Below, piece after piece: positions 45,222 through 58,686 of a stretch of 64,000 nt of DNA. Below the pieces are notes generated by a model. The model searched no databases, had not been told where the DNA came from, and worked only from the letters and a program-made list of their open reading frames with translations. Origin of the DNA: Anthoceros angustus (Eukaryota > Plantae > Anthocerotophyta); NCBI GenBank assembly GCA_010909165.1, contig MU008158.1, positions 246,581 through 310,580 on the forward strand. The letters run 5' to 3'. Positions within the stretch are counted from its first letter, which is position 1; each line of letters opens with the position of its first letter. Position numbers and translations under genes: made by a program.

Positions 45222-47610
45222 GGCGTCACCGCCGAGGCCGGACTCCAGCAGACTGTGTGGAAGGATCAAGACTTAGCGCGCCAGCGAGTGCCGGGGGTCG
45301 CCTCATGCAGTGCTTGTGCAGTTGGTGTTGCTGGTGCTGCCTCCGGTGTTGATCCTCCTCTCTCCCTCCTTTCTATGACTGATCCGCCACTGGTGCTGCG
45401 AACGAGGCGGGGACCGAAGAATACAACGTCCTCGAACAATGTGAGTAGCTGGCTGCACCTGCACCCGCACCCGCACCCGCACCAGCCTGCAGCTGCTAAT
45501 TTTGGAGATGGAAATTGTTCCTCCCCCGTGCTTCTGAAATGTAGCAAGCAAGGCGTGAGAATCCATCTCGCGAAGGAAATCCGGGCAACATGCAGCAAGG
45601 AATGTGAGAAAAAATCAAAGAACGGACTTCATTCCCCCCCTCGCCTCCCAAGCAATATGAATCTGATGATTTTTGCAAATCACATGCAAGAATTCTAACA
45701 TGAAACCAAACCTTTCGATGCGCAATAAAATCTCAACTATGAGCACAGCAGAGCAAGGATGAGGATGACAATGCAAGGAGGAAAATGAGCGCGGTGAGAG
45801 GGGAAGAATTGAGGACCTGGATCCAATGCAGTGTTTTGCCAATTCTCCGAGCAGGCAGAGAACGAAGCTCTCAGTGTTGCCTCCTCACGGGACCTGGAGC
45901 TCCGGTTCGTGCTCCTGCCCCTGCTCCAGCTCCAGCAACAGGTCTGATGAGCGGCATGGGCGGAGGGGTGGACAGATATAGGCGCAGCAAGGAAGGGATG
46001 TCCATGGCAGTTGCGATTGTGGCGGATCACAGGTGCAAGAGCAGTAGGGCAGAACCAGAGCCAGTGCCAGAGCCAGAGCGCAGCCTTCGCATCTGATGTG
46101 AGAGTGGTGCGTGTGGCGACAAGGGCCCACCAGCTAGCTGCCTCCGAGCTTTGGAAGTAGTCCTGCCTGGCTTGTCCGCTTTGTTGGTGCGGCCTGCAGG
46201 CGGCAGGAGGCAACCAGGCTGCAGCCGAACCTGTAGAGTGGAGACACTGTTACTGGAGGCGGGGAGACTGTACATACTTGTAGCTGTAGCTTTCCTCCTC
46301 CATCACGTTCCGTTACGCGGATATCTGCCGCCAGGACAGGGGCAAGGGGCGTGGAGGGTAGCCGTGGCTGGTTTCATGGCCGCCGGCACACGTGACTCAC
46401 GGCTCATCAAGCAATCCACCATCACCTAATCACACATCATGAGCAGGGCAGCTTTTCCCAAGCAGATGCAACCTCCGCTGGGACGGGGAGGCCGCTTTGA
46501 TGACGCTTCTCGCTTTGTTTCAGGAATCTACCGTCCATGCCACTGAATCCTTGAGATTAGGGCGTGGGGAGGAGAAGCCTGCGGAAACGGAGAACGACCA
46601 GGACGCCATGTGCTGCGCTGCGCCAGAAACTTCAATCTTTCCGGGAACATTATACAGTACGATACCCGGCGGTGAGCCCGAGTTGCCAGATGTCAGGCCG
46701 CCCCTAATTCCAAATACCGGGTTAGAGGCACATGGACACTGAGGAACACACATCCGGTGAAAGACATGTTGCTGCCATCCGCACTCTGACTCCCGGGGGA
46801 CCCTCCACTGTTTTTGTCACAGCCACACCAGGGGTGGAGAATATAAAAGGTATAAAGTCCTGCTACTCACTGCATAAAGCTTCTAGAGGATAAGCACCGG
46901 CAGGCACTCTTATTGCCCTCTGCAGTCCAGGATCCCAAGAACCCAGGTACTTCCTGTGCTGGCTTGGTTGGCTCCTAGGAAGCCTTCGAGTCCGGACAGA
47001 CACACGGTGAACACACGTATCCCGAGGAGGTTACAGGGTTCATCGGACTCGCACACAAGCTTGCAGGCCAATAGTCCGTCTGCTGCTGCAAGAGAGCCTC
47101 AAGGTCCTCAATCCAGGCTCCACTATCTGCAAATGCAAGCTGGCACACAACCTCTGGGAACAGGACTGGATGCCTTCACAGTTGGATGCCAATGGCGTCC
47201 ACTATTATCGGAGGAGGAAGCATGGGGTACTGACATGACAGGAATATATTGTCCACATGTGCAGTTTGCGGATGATCCACACCTGATTTGGTCGGTGAGA
47301 CCTGCAATGCGTGCATACTCGTGCTCCTGCACCATCCAGCAGACACTATTAATCTCCCTTCCACCCACCGCTGTCAGCAATGTGAACACATTGACACATA
47401 GTTTGATGGGGCAACGGTGTACCTCAGAAGCTGGTAAATGGGGATCGTCGGGCAGCATCAAAGCAAGAAAACAGGAAGGAAGGAAACCCTGCCGTGCCCT
47501 GCCTTTTTATACCACATTGTGGAGAGGCAAGCTGCCAGTAAGGAACTATGCTTCAGCTGAACGAGTGAGTACAAAGCCAAGAGAGACATGGGTTCACACT
47601 GTTAGGTACC

Positions 47611-49793
47611 CTACTGCCAGATCATGGTTTCTCCATTTCCTGCAGAGAATACTCGTAGTGAAAAGTCCCGCAACGCGAAGTCCTTCACTTCACAGAACTG
47701 ATTATCCCAATCGACTGGCTTCACTGCTGTGTTTCCCAGTCCTGGAGCCCGGTCCTTGGAGTCCAGCCTCCTCATCTCCGTCCAATCTGCAACGTATGTT
47801 GATACTCTCCTCTTGAACTTGGTTTTGAACTCATCCCACACCTGATACTTATAGTGATTTATCACAGCACTTGTGACATGGACGTGGACTGTGTGATATT
47901 CTGGGCCCAAGTCAAAATGGTGGACGTAGTTTTTCAGAGACTTGTTGATGCCATCCAGCAGCACGATAGACTTATGTCTCTGCTCAGCAGCCATCCGACA
48001 TGTGTAACCGACGGTGACTCCTCTTATGGGATGTTCACTTAGCCCAGAAGGCCCAAAGTCTCTACACCTTATGGATATCTGCCCAACTTTCCTTCTTCCT
48101 TTCAACATCGTGCTCTTTTCCAAAATAACAGAAGCCAAAGGGGCTCGAAATGGGGAAGCGGTTGCTGACCGGTTCTCAGGATCTCCACGAGACGCTTCAT
48201 TCTGAAATACTAAAGACTCCGCAGACATTTCTTCCGCAGAGACTTCATCATCACCTGAATCCTGAACGACTCCTTCCTCTGTCATCTCTACATCTTCAGA
48301 GCGCACTATGCCCCCATAAGTTTTTGCAGACGACGACAAGCCTCCTTGCACAGCAGACAAGCCTGATTCCGGCTCTAGGACAGAGTCGTTCAACCACTGT
48401 GCCGGGAAAGCGAATTCATCCACGTCAATGTACATCATCCAGGTGCACTCACGCGCCGACAGAATTGCACAGTGGGAAAAACCAGCTTCTTGGGTCTTGA
48501 TCCAAGGCCAAACTATTCTTGCAATCTTGTGGCCACGGAGGGCCAAATCTCTAATAACCTCCTCGATTTCATCGTCGCTGTTATTGTCATAGAAAAAGAA
48601 CTTCTCAACCCCCAGGAAGGCATGATAAGTCACCCACTCTCTCAGGAACTTGGCTCCGTTCCAAATCACGTTGCAGGAGCACAAGAGATGCTCCTTCATC
48701 TCAAACCGAGGTCTCACACCTTTTCCCTGTTCAGCAGCAGCCTTCTTGCTAACCCACTCCATCCTCCTGGAGCGTCTGCTGCCAGCAACACTCTTCTCGT
48801 ACCCGCCGGCCACCACTTTCCCCTTTCTGTCGACAATATCAAGTGATCTACCCAAGCCGCTACCCGGCCTCACATCATTATCTCCGGGCTCGTAGTACAT
48901 TATGGATGGCAATAAATGAGCATCCAACTTCAAGGTCACCAACCTATCCACAAACCTCTGCCTCACTTCACCGGGCGGATGAGGACATCTGAACACCTCC
49001 TGAGCAGCACTGGTAACAGACACTTCCAACTCCCCATCATAAACACACTTGATCCTCGACATGTCTGCAATATCCCTCTTCTTCCGCATAATTCCCTTGG
49101 CAAAAAGCACGATATCCTCCCTGGTCGACCAGAACTCGTACACCAAATACTCCCATTTCAAAGGCGCCACATACGGGACCCTGGACAACGAGTACACCGA
49201 CCCCTTATCATCCTCCACGAAAATCCTCCGCGCGCTCCAGAACACACCCGCCGGAGGATATGAGCACCTAACTGCCGCCCTCCGCGTCCTGTACAACTCC
49301 ACCCCCGTCACAGCAGTGTAGGTCCCGTTCCCGAAGTAGCAAGACAGCCACTCCTTCCCCGGCAACACCGACCGTTCCGGCAACCTCAGCAGCAGCAGCA
49401 GTTCGTCAGGATGCGCAACCACGTCCTGCACAAACGCTCCTGGCAGCTTCAATTTCCCGGATTCCTGAAAAAACATCTCATCCTCCAGCTTCTTCACCGC
49501 GTTCACCTCCTTCCTCAGATGCAGCCTGGGCTTGGTCAACATGGGAGCGGAAGCCGACCCTAGCCACACCAAACACGAATTGTCACAACGTCAGCTTCCC
49601 AATCCCCCACAACACACAACCCGTGCGGCATCCACAGACGCAAATAACTACCAGCAGTCTGCCAGCGTATCGTTCCCAAGACGGTGACCACGCAGGCCAC
49701 ATAGAGGAGCGCCACGCACTTCCTGGACCCGGCCCCCTTCCGCGAACCTGCACCGCCCTCCTTGGCCCTCCCAGGCCTTCCCGACCAAGACAT
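47611..49793 (-). CDS. Glycosyltransferase family 92 (DUF23) type II membrane protein; exons 49793-49652 and 49559-47611
   Basis: N-terminal TM (CVALLYVACVVTVLG); AQEVFRCPHP, WNGAKFLREWVTYH, YDNNSDD, WPWIKTQEAGFSHC, DVDEF (DxD), RHKSIV, INHYKYQVW, RRVSTYVADW, DRAPGLG. Confidence 0.92.
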
Positions 49794-52251
49794 GCTGCGC
49801 TGCGCTGCACTGCACTCCACGCTCGCCTTCAATCCTTGCTCACACAACCTGAAGGCTGTGCATCAAACGCAGCATTCGGCGCTGAAGCCCACGCATGATG
49901 CGAGGAGAAGAGGGGTGTGGAAATTCCGGGCGCAGGCGCTGAGCGCAGCGGCAGAAGCAGCAGCGACGGCAATCTCGCTGATGAGGCGCCTTCCGGACAT
50001 TGGGGTGTGCCAGCCGAAGCAGAAGCAGAAGCAGAAGCAGAAGCAGAAGCGGAAGCCGGGAATGTTGGCGTTCCAAGAGAGAGGAGAGTTCGTGGTTGGT
50101 AGTGCGGAGACAGAGGCAGAACAGTCCGAGCAGAAATAGATGCAGGAGTCGGAGTGGGAGTCGGAGTCGGATCAGAAGCCGCAGGATCATCATGTGGAGA
50201 CGAGTGCGGTGATGAGTCTCACGAGTCGGATGCGGAGTCGGATTCGGAGTCGGCCGCCCCGGATTTCTCCGGGTCAGCATCTGCTGTTCGGCAGGTTTGC
50301 CGCGCGGCCGGAAAACATGGGCCGGTTCAAACGCGGCCCTGTTCCCGTTGCCATGCCCCAACGGCACGCCCGGGGCCCCGGTCTCAACGTCTGAACGGCT
50401 CGCTACAACCCGTTCATCGAGTTCTCCCCCGGGATTGTTTTGATTTATTTTCAAAATACCAAATTAAAAAAAAAAATCGAGTTTGCAGGCGTCAGCAGAC
50501 GTGGATCAGTGGCGTTTATTGTTAACACGGCCTACACAACTGCCCTTTCAAGGCCCTTTGAGGATCACAAAGACCAAAATGGTTTCGCGCTACGCCGCTA
50601 GCCTAGTAGTGCTTGAAACTGCAGGCAAGGTGAAGACGTTTTATGAAATCAAGGAAGCATCAGGACTGAGTGCACAAGAGTTGTGCAAATCGGAATTAGG
50701 GAAGCATCAGGATTAAGTGCACAAGAGTTGTGCAAAACTATGCACGCTCTCAAAGAAAAAATAAAGATACTAGAGATGGAAAGAAAATCATAGGTGGAAT
50801 TCCAGATAAAGGGAAATTTAAGAAAAGGTTCAAACCCTCGAAGAGAAAAAGTTCCGCTTAGAATCCAGCAGTTTGGATTTGAGGGTTCGGAGACTATGTT
50901 TAATTAGTTGGCTTCCAGCTCCCATCACTCTTGTCCACCCACAAGCTCCTCACATCGTGCAAGACATTGAAATAAAAAGGCACGGGAAAAGAAGCATTTG
51001 CACCCGAATTAGTAAGAAAAGATTTGAGAGTCTTGTTGCAGGGTGTGAGCAAAAGCATAACAAAGCTTATAAAACACAAATATCTCACTTATTAGAGTTT
51101 ATCGAAGACCCCAGTAGGTTCAAGCGTCAAAGTAGCATTGTGGCTACTTTGAGCAATGGTCGAAGGTTTGTTATTACCGTGTAATTGTTGAAAATGCTCA
51201 AATAATTAGTATTCTTGTTTATGGAAATATCAAGAACACTATTCATATGACAATGCCGCAGCAACTTGCGAAGATGTTAAAAAATGCTCAAACAATTAGT
51301 ATTCTTGTTTATGGAAATATCAGGAACACTATTCATACGACAATGCCGCAGCAGCTTGCGAAGATGTTAAATCCAAAGTGGCTCCATGGAGCTTATCTCT
51401 AATGATCTTGCGAGTTCGTATTCATGTTAATCTTTGGATGCGAGCCCCAAGAGGATTTATTAGAGGAAGAGCTTAATGAACTGTTAGGTGACTAAGCTCA
51501 TTGAGCTCACAAGAAGTCAAATGAAGTTGTGTATTGATCTACTTCACAATGACTTGTGAAGCCATCTGTTTCACAATGACAATGTAATCATTGCTCGTTG
51601 TGTATCATCTATTTCACAGTGAGTTTCACATTGTCATGATAGCACTGTGAAGCCATGACTATGCACATTGCTATATAATGTGTTTTATAAGGGCTGTAGA
51701 CAAGTAGCTTACGTAGATTATCAATATTATTTTAAAATCCATCAAATGTGTTTTATAAGGGCTGTAGGCAAGTAGCTTACGTAGATTATCAAGATTATTT
51801 TAAAATCCATCAAATGGATGTTTGCACCATGTTCTTATATCGAGAACTTAAAAAAGAAATACATATATGTGGCAGCCCGAGGGTAATGAAGCTGCTACTT
51901 GTAAGCTGCTTTAATGTTTGATGGAGTAAAAGTGCTACTGTCCGGTATCATAAGTGTGCTGGTCTTTTTTATTCATTGGATTTATTCAAAGCCATGATGA
52001 TGATAATATTTATTGGCACTACCATACCCCAGAGGAGGGTGATTCGATGTTAATTAATTAAAATTAGTAAAAGTTAAAAATCTAAAAATCACTATACTTC
52101 AAACGCCGAATGTGTAAAAATTTATGAGATTAAGATGCCGAAAACAAGAAAAAAAAGGTAAGGAGCGGGCTGACGGGGTTTGGGAGGCCGAGTAGACCTG
52201 ATCGAGATCAAGATCGCCCGAGAACGCACGGAACCCGATCTCGATCTGGGC

Positions 52252-52428
52252 CTCACTCGCAGCAAACGTCTGCTGGACAGCTACGAGCCCCTCACTCGCA
52301 GCAAGTGCCTGCTGGACAGCTACGAGCCCCTCACTCGCAGCAAGCGCCTGCTGGACATGTACGAGCCCCTCACTCGCAGCAAGCGCCTGCTGGACAGCAG
52401 CAAGCGTCTGCTGGACAGCTACGAGCCC
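52252..52428 (+). repeat. 39-bp coding-type tandem repeat (LTRSKRLLDSYEP about 4x) inside a GC-rich ORF fragment lacking an ATG (52180-52497)
   Basis: CTCACTCGCAGCAAGCGCCTGCTGGACAGCTACGAGCCC repeated in frame. Confidence 0.8.
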
Positions 52429-52830
52429 ATCCACGGCGTGCTGCAGTGCGAGGGCGAGGGCGAGGCAGCTGAGGTCGCAGGAAGCAGCAACACATAAGCA
52501 AGCACAACAATGTCCCAGTTGTAACAGAGAAACGCATGACTAAGCATGCTCCAAGCAGTGACTAGGCATGCTCCCAGCAGTGACTAGGCATGCTCCAAGC
52601 AGTGCTGGCCGGCGCCAACCTAGCGTGATGAAGGTTCAGGGTCTCACAGCAGCCCCAACAAGTCAGGTGCACACTCATGGCAAGCTAGCTCTGGTAGGAA
52701 TGAAAACCTTTCCATGAATGACTTCGCTATATTTTTGTTTTAAACCAGCTTTTGAATAGCCTAGCAGGGGACCAAGAACAAATTGAATCTAATGTAGAAT
52801 GCTACGACTCGAACTCCAAGTGGAATGCTA

Positions 52831-55800
52831 CTAGGTACTCGATCTCCTATCCCCATTGTATGGGACACTCCCTGCCGAAGCCAGATTAGCTGCCCGGTTG
52901 CTTCCGAATTCCCTTTTGTTGGATTCTCTTGCAATTCGACTTCCAAACTGAATGAGACGACAGTGAAGTCGTCAGAACATGCAACCATTTCAGCAAACAG
53001 TTCGAAGTAGGAACAAGAGGGCTACCTGAATAGCCCGCTTGGGCAGAGAGGAAGCGCCTTTTAAACCCAGAAGTGAAGCTACCTGCGCGCATGCATTTTG
53101 TCCTTTTTTCAAAAGTTCTTGAGTAGGTTTTTGTTCAACGATGTGCAATAATTATGCATCAAAGCTAACCTCTCGCAAGACCCTCTTGTCGCCCTGTCCT
53201 TGTGGCTTCGTTAGATCCGCTATGTCCGACAGAGGAAGGTCCAACAACGTTTCCATAACTTCCTCGTCCAGGAAAGGAAACCGTGCCTGAAATGACCAGC
53301 CCATGATCAACCAACTGCTCATTTGTCCAGACAAATGAATGCGAGAGACCACGACACAGACCTGCAAAAACTGCAAAAAGAAAAAAGCAAGCCTGGAACA
53401 TGCACATGAAAACATTTTACACCAAGAAGAGTTTGTACTCAAAGCCTGGAAGCGTTGTCTACCTCTTTACCATTGTCCCCAATGCAACGGTCATCCCTAC
53501 CAAGATTTCTTTTCCATATCCTCTGTACGTCGACTTGCATCTCTGCCTGTAATGCTGTCCATCTGCAGGTTTGCAAGCTATCCCATTAGATTCTGATAGA
53601 CTGCTGTGACGATCACTGCGAACCTTCCAAAACACGAAAAACAAGGGTTTGCTTCACATTACCCTCCTAACTTAAAACTGGTGCGATGGCGCCCGTATCC
53701 GGCACACTGCTCATCCGCGCCTGCACCAACTAGCAAAACCCGTGCTTTTGATTCGTAAGCATGTCTGCCTAAGGTCGCCCAACATGATTCTCCATTCTCG
53801 CTTTCGCCAATCACAGATCCCCGGCCACTTGCTGCCAGCCACAGGGCAATTCCGATGTTGAAGTCCTGTAGGTGCAAACAGATTGATTCAACTTGGGGAT
53901 CCGTTTCAGCTGTACTTGCTGACATCCTTTTACAGTGTATCCACAACAAGTTCGAACCATCCAACTGACCATGTGTGTTTTTGCTGGACATAGTAGGGCA
54001 AGAACTTGATTTCGCACCCTATCAACTTCCTCCATGTCTGCATCAATTTCAACTAGTGTCCACCTGCCAAGTCTCGACAAGCGAGTCCCTTGCACAGTGT
54101 CACTTTGCGAAACACAAGGAGCTCTTTGCAATCAGGAACTTGAATGCCGAGTCAAGGGGAGGGAAGAACAGCTACCTTCTTTGCGGAGAAATCATCTGCA
54201 GTTCTGCCAAGCCCGCAACCGCTGTCATCCTGTCTGGTGCTGTAGCTCCTTCGAAGCTTACATTCAACAGATCAATGCCCACTGAACAACAAATTCGACT
54301 TAGTAAGGTCAACCCTTTATGGCGACTAGTGAAATTTTCATATTCAACTCGAGGCGTTTGCACCCACAGTGGAAAGGAAGCGACTGATCTGCCAGTGCAG
54401 CCAATATCATAGAATCGAGTCCACCAGAAAAGAGTACTGCGACAGGAGCATAGGGCTTAGGCGAGGTTGTAGAAGTACTCCCCCCCTGTCCTGCACAACC
54501 TGCATGAAAATACTGGTCACTACAAGGAGTAAGATTGCATCCTTTAGTCCACACTACTGACATCATTTCGGATACTTTCTAGAGGACTTCGTTGCATCAA
54601 GACAGAGTTACCACCTTCAAGTCCATAATCTTCGTGACACGGAGTTGCACAGCTCTATGCAAGCATTTCAATACTTTGTGAGCTGCTGTAGACACTGGGT
54701 TATCTTTGTTTACCACTTCATCACGCGTTTCTGATGCTGTGCCTACCCTAGGCAATGGGGAGACTTGCTGCCTTTCCCAGGCAACAAGCTTTCTCAGCAG
54801 CGGGTCCTGCCATTGATGAAGCCGGAGAGCACCATACACCTCAGCCTGGAAGGATATTGTCTGGCTAGCATCAAGTTCTGACCTTCCCAGATTCCTTGAT
54901 TCTGGAACTTTGAGGCTGATGGTGTATAATCCACAAGGCAATTCAACCCAGTAGTCTGAAGCACAACTGGAACTGACTGCAGGGCTATTGCAAGTGCCAT
55001 TTGTACCAAGCCCTTCCATTTGCGCAGGCGCAACTGATGAGAGCAGGAACCGAGCATCAGAGGTCGATGGCCAGTGCACCAAAAGACTTCTTCTGCCAAT
55101 TGCATCACGCCCGAACCACACAGTCCGAGACCTGGCCTGGCACATAACATCACAAAAATCGCGACATTCGTTTGACAAGGTTCCCTCGTATCACATGTGA
55201 AACGAACAACAAGTGAGAGACGTCTCTCCCCAAGTGCAACAAGACGGATCATTCACCTGCCAATATATCAGTGCCCACGGACCCCTTATACTCGACAGTA
55301 ACCGAGGTACGCTTGTCTCACAAGAGCAAGATGCTTCATCTTCATTCCTCGATTGAACCGAGCAGCAACAGCAGCCATGTAGGGCAGCCAGTAAAGCAGC
55401 ACCGTCATTTTCGTCATCCCCAACCGGAAGCCCATCATATATCTCCCCTGAAGTATGCAGCCTGCGCCTCAGTCCCACAAAAAGCAAGCCGCAAGACGAC
55501 GAACAGAATCTAACACGGAAACGCATTGGCACACACCATTGTACGCCAGAATATTATCACCCACATCCTTCAGTGGTTGCGCTACTGGCTGGTCCCCTCG
55601 CAGCTGCAGCGACGAACCCACAAACTGCAGAGACGGCGCGTGGGCATCCCCAGCCGAGACTAATCCCTCGCTACACTGCTCATTCCGCGTCAAGAGCACG
55701 GTCTCCACACCAATCTGATCCGGCCCCCGTGATTCCAAACATCGGCACAAATCCTGAATCGTAGGCCGCAACCCACCAGCACCCTGTCCGGCAGCAAAAG

Positions 55801-55969
55801 CCGGTTGGGACTCTGAGCACACACTTCGAAGCCTGCTTCCTGCTGCTACAAGCAAACCGTCCAATTCCCCTCCGATACACACGCCCGGTGAATCGCAGAT
55901 CTCCGATAGGCCGCTGCGCAGCTCGCCGACAATTGGCACACCCGCTGCTATCAGCCCAATCCCACACAT
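52831..55969 (-). CDS. ASNSD1: Asparagine synthetase domain-containing protein 1 (Ntn-GATase + AsnB-like), multi-exon
   Basis: MCGI start, SRGPD, LQLRG, ILAYNG/EIY, WALIYW, FGRDAIGRRSLL, VLFSGGLDS, LLNVSF, APDR, GAGADEQCAGYGRH, WKRNLGRDDR, ARFPFLDE, GDKRVLR, PKRAIQFGSRIA. Confidence 0.92.
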
Positions 55970-57057
55970 GTTCCCAGGCGGGACAGCCTCAGGCCTGCCC
56001 GTGCCCAGGGCCGCGACCAGATCAAGACAAGACAGGACTGTTGCCTGAAACCCTATCCCAGTAGTCTAAGCTGAGCTGAGAACAAAGAACAACCTCAGGA
56101 CAAGCGCGGAAGCGGGAGGCACGGCGCACTTGGCGCGGCTGAGATGGCTGGGACTGTAATTTTGCCAGGAGACAGGAACGGAGGATGAGACCCAGCTGGG
56201 ACTTGGAACGGCTTTTTAGTGGACAGGTGAATTTTTTTTTGGCGCCCCGGGGGTACGCATCCAACATCTTTATAAGCCTCTAGATCCAGAGTCTTCAGGT
56301 TGGGAGCCATCTCGTCGTCATACACTTGAATCTCGTGATGACAAAAGGCTGTCATTCTCTGCCAAGAGTACTGAGGATTGCACATGAATGAAAGTGTAAA
56401 TATGCCAGTACGGTATCACATCGTACATGCAGCGCTGGGAAACCCAAAGTGAAAAGCCCATGAGGCCTGTAAAGAGCTCCACCTCTCGAGGTTGTGAAGG
56501 TACGGTAGTGGAGCCCTTGAGCTGTAAAAGTGAACCGGGAGGAAGCTCGCTTCCACGAAGCACACATTCTCGGGAGAGATCGCTACAAACTTTTAGATTT
56601 CGAACAACATGAATGCACCAAACAACAAGGTTGCGAGACAAGGAAACTACATACATATGTAGACTGGAGGGTTTGGAGGACTTGGCCGGATGAGAATGTC
56701 GAAGACGCATGAGAATGGAAGTGAATTGCTGTCATCGGCAAGTGAAGTGACAAGTGAAGGATATGTATTGGGCGATTCCCGAAAAGCTAAATCTGACTGC
56801 CTGGTGCGGAGGCATGTGAATAGAAAGTGTATGAGTGGGCAAGCATGTGAATTGAATGCAAGTGTGTGTGGGCGTGGCGTTGGAAGAAGGGAAGACGATG
56901 ATGGATTGCCCGACGAATGTACATAGTACGAAGGGCCGGGTGTGGGAAGATTGAGATAGTTAATGTGTGGAAAGGGCGGTGGTAGGTGGGGGGGGGTCAA
57001 AGACGGGGAAGACCGGCATGCGTCAGTGTGGCGAATTAGCATGAATTTAAAAAAAAA

Positions 57058-57163
57058 GGGGCCCGGGTTTGGGCCCGGGTTTGGGCCCGGGCCCGGGCGG
57101 GGCCTGCTTTTCGGCGGGCCACCGCCCTTATGATGCGGGCCGGGGCTTGGGCCCGGGCCCCGG
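57058..57163. promoter_or_regulatory. GGGCCC/TGGGCC array (TCP site-II-like) that is also a canonical multi-G-tract G-quadruplex motif, between divergent ASNSD1 and DELLA
   Basis: GGGGCCCGGGTTTGGGCCCGGGTTTGGGCCCGGGCCCGGGCGGGGCC plus further GGGCCC copies to about 57160. Confidence 0.5.
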
Positions 57164-58686
57164 CTTTGTACCGACGCACTGCTCTGGCAGCGCAAGTTGC
57201 AGGTGGGTTTTCCGAGCTGCGCGGTGCGTGGGAAAAAGGCGAAAAGGGGGAAGGGCGCGGCAGCAGGCACCAGGCAGCAGGCAGCAGGCACCAGGCTTTG
57301 TGCCAGCTGCGCTCGGCCTATCCGGTGCAGCCGGTCATCCGGTAGAGGTGAGCCGGTGATGTGATGTGATGTGATCACAGCGTAGCATGGAGCAGCCAGC
57401 AGCTGCACCGGTGGTGGGCGAGACGAGACGAGACGAGACGAAACGACTCGGGAGTCGCGAGCAGCAGCAGGTGCGAGGGCGTGAGTGCCCGGGCTTTACG
57501 TCCCCCGGCTGCCATGGGGAGGGCGCGGGGAGCCTGGCCCCCGCTTACGCCTGTTGGCGAGCATGAGGTGAGCAGTCATTGCTGACGCCTGCGAGTGAGC
57601 GAGCGAGCGAGGCAGACGCTGGCGCTCTTCTGGGCTGCGCTGGGCTGGGCAGGGCTGTGCTGGGCTGGTCTGCGCAGAAGAGAGTGCCAGGAACGGCAGC
57701 GCTGCAGCTGCAGCTGCGGCTGGAGGGGCAGGGGCTCGCAGCGCCCTAGGAAAGGCCGCTGCGGAAGGACGGACACCAGCACAAGCAGCAGGTGTGTGAC
57801 AGTGTGTGAGGTCATAAAGACCCCGCCTCTTGCTCCCCGCCATTCAATGCCCCTGCCTGTGCCTGTGCCTGTGCCTGTGCCCCTGCCTGCATGCGCGCCT
57901 GCCAGTGCCCGCCTCCTGCTCGCTGCTCAATTGCCCTCCCCGCCTGCCCCGCCTGCCGCCAATTCCGGTTCCCGGATCTGCTCGATCGCCCTCCTGCCTG
58001 CGCCCTGGCCCGGCCCCGGCCCCGGCCTGCACCTTGCGGCAATTGGTGAGCTGCTTGGCGCCGGCTCTTGCTTCCCGCTCCTCATTTCGGCTTGCCTGCA
58101 TTGTGTGAATGCGGAGGGCTGTCGGCCTTGTGGGCGTTTTGGGCGTTGTGGGCGTTGTGGGCGTTTTGGGCTTGGTGGGCGTTGTGGGTGCTTGAGAGCG
58201 TGAGAGAGAGTGTGTGTGGGGTGCTAGTCGCAGTGAGCGGAATTGCCATGACTCCGCTCCTCCTCATGCCTGCGCACTTCTTGGGAGGGGTTTCCGTATA
58301 GTTTTTTCACATCTCGCGGCTGCCTTGCTCTGCAGGACTGTGCCTATGAGAAAATGCGGTACAAGGATCTGTAGGTAGGGAGAGCAGGAGGGTGTGGGAG
58401 AAAGGTGGAGGGATATCGACAGTGCCTTCCCGGCCTACCTTGTATGTAGCTTGATTTCTTCTCCGGCACCAGGCAACGGTGCCTCGAGGACAGCTCTCCT
58501 TCTTTTCTCCGCTTTCGCCTTCCCCTCCTTCTCCCGCTCTCTTCTCCTTCTGTTTATCCTTCTCCTGCGTGTGCTCGGGTGAAGGTTCTGAGGTGCTGGT
58601 GCTCTTATGGTGCCCTCTCTGAGGAGGACTCTCCGCATACCTGTCCCAGGCACAGAGGAGTTGCTCCTCTTTCGCAGGTTCTCACC

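Noticed and set aside
46956-47816. 286-aa plus-strand ORF
   Set aside because: It is antisense to the GT92 3' end, starts at a non-ATG codon and has no recognisable motifs.
49840-50525. ORFs upstream of the GT92 gene
   Set aside because: They are driven by GCAGAA and GGAGTC microsatellites in the leader/promoter and have no protein-like content.
55970-56750. Possible ASDURF-like (prefoldin) uORF upstream of ASNSD1, as in animals
   Set aside because: No frame shows a coiled-coil or prefoldin-like peptide that I could recognise.
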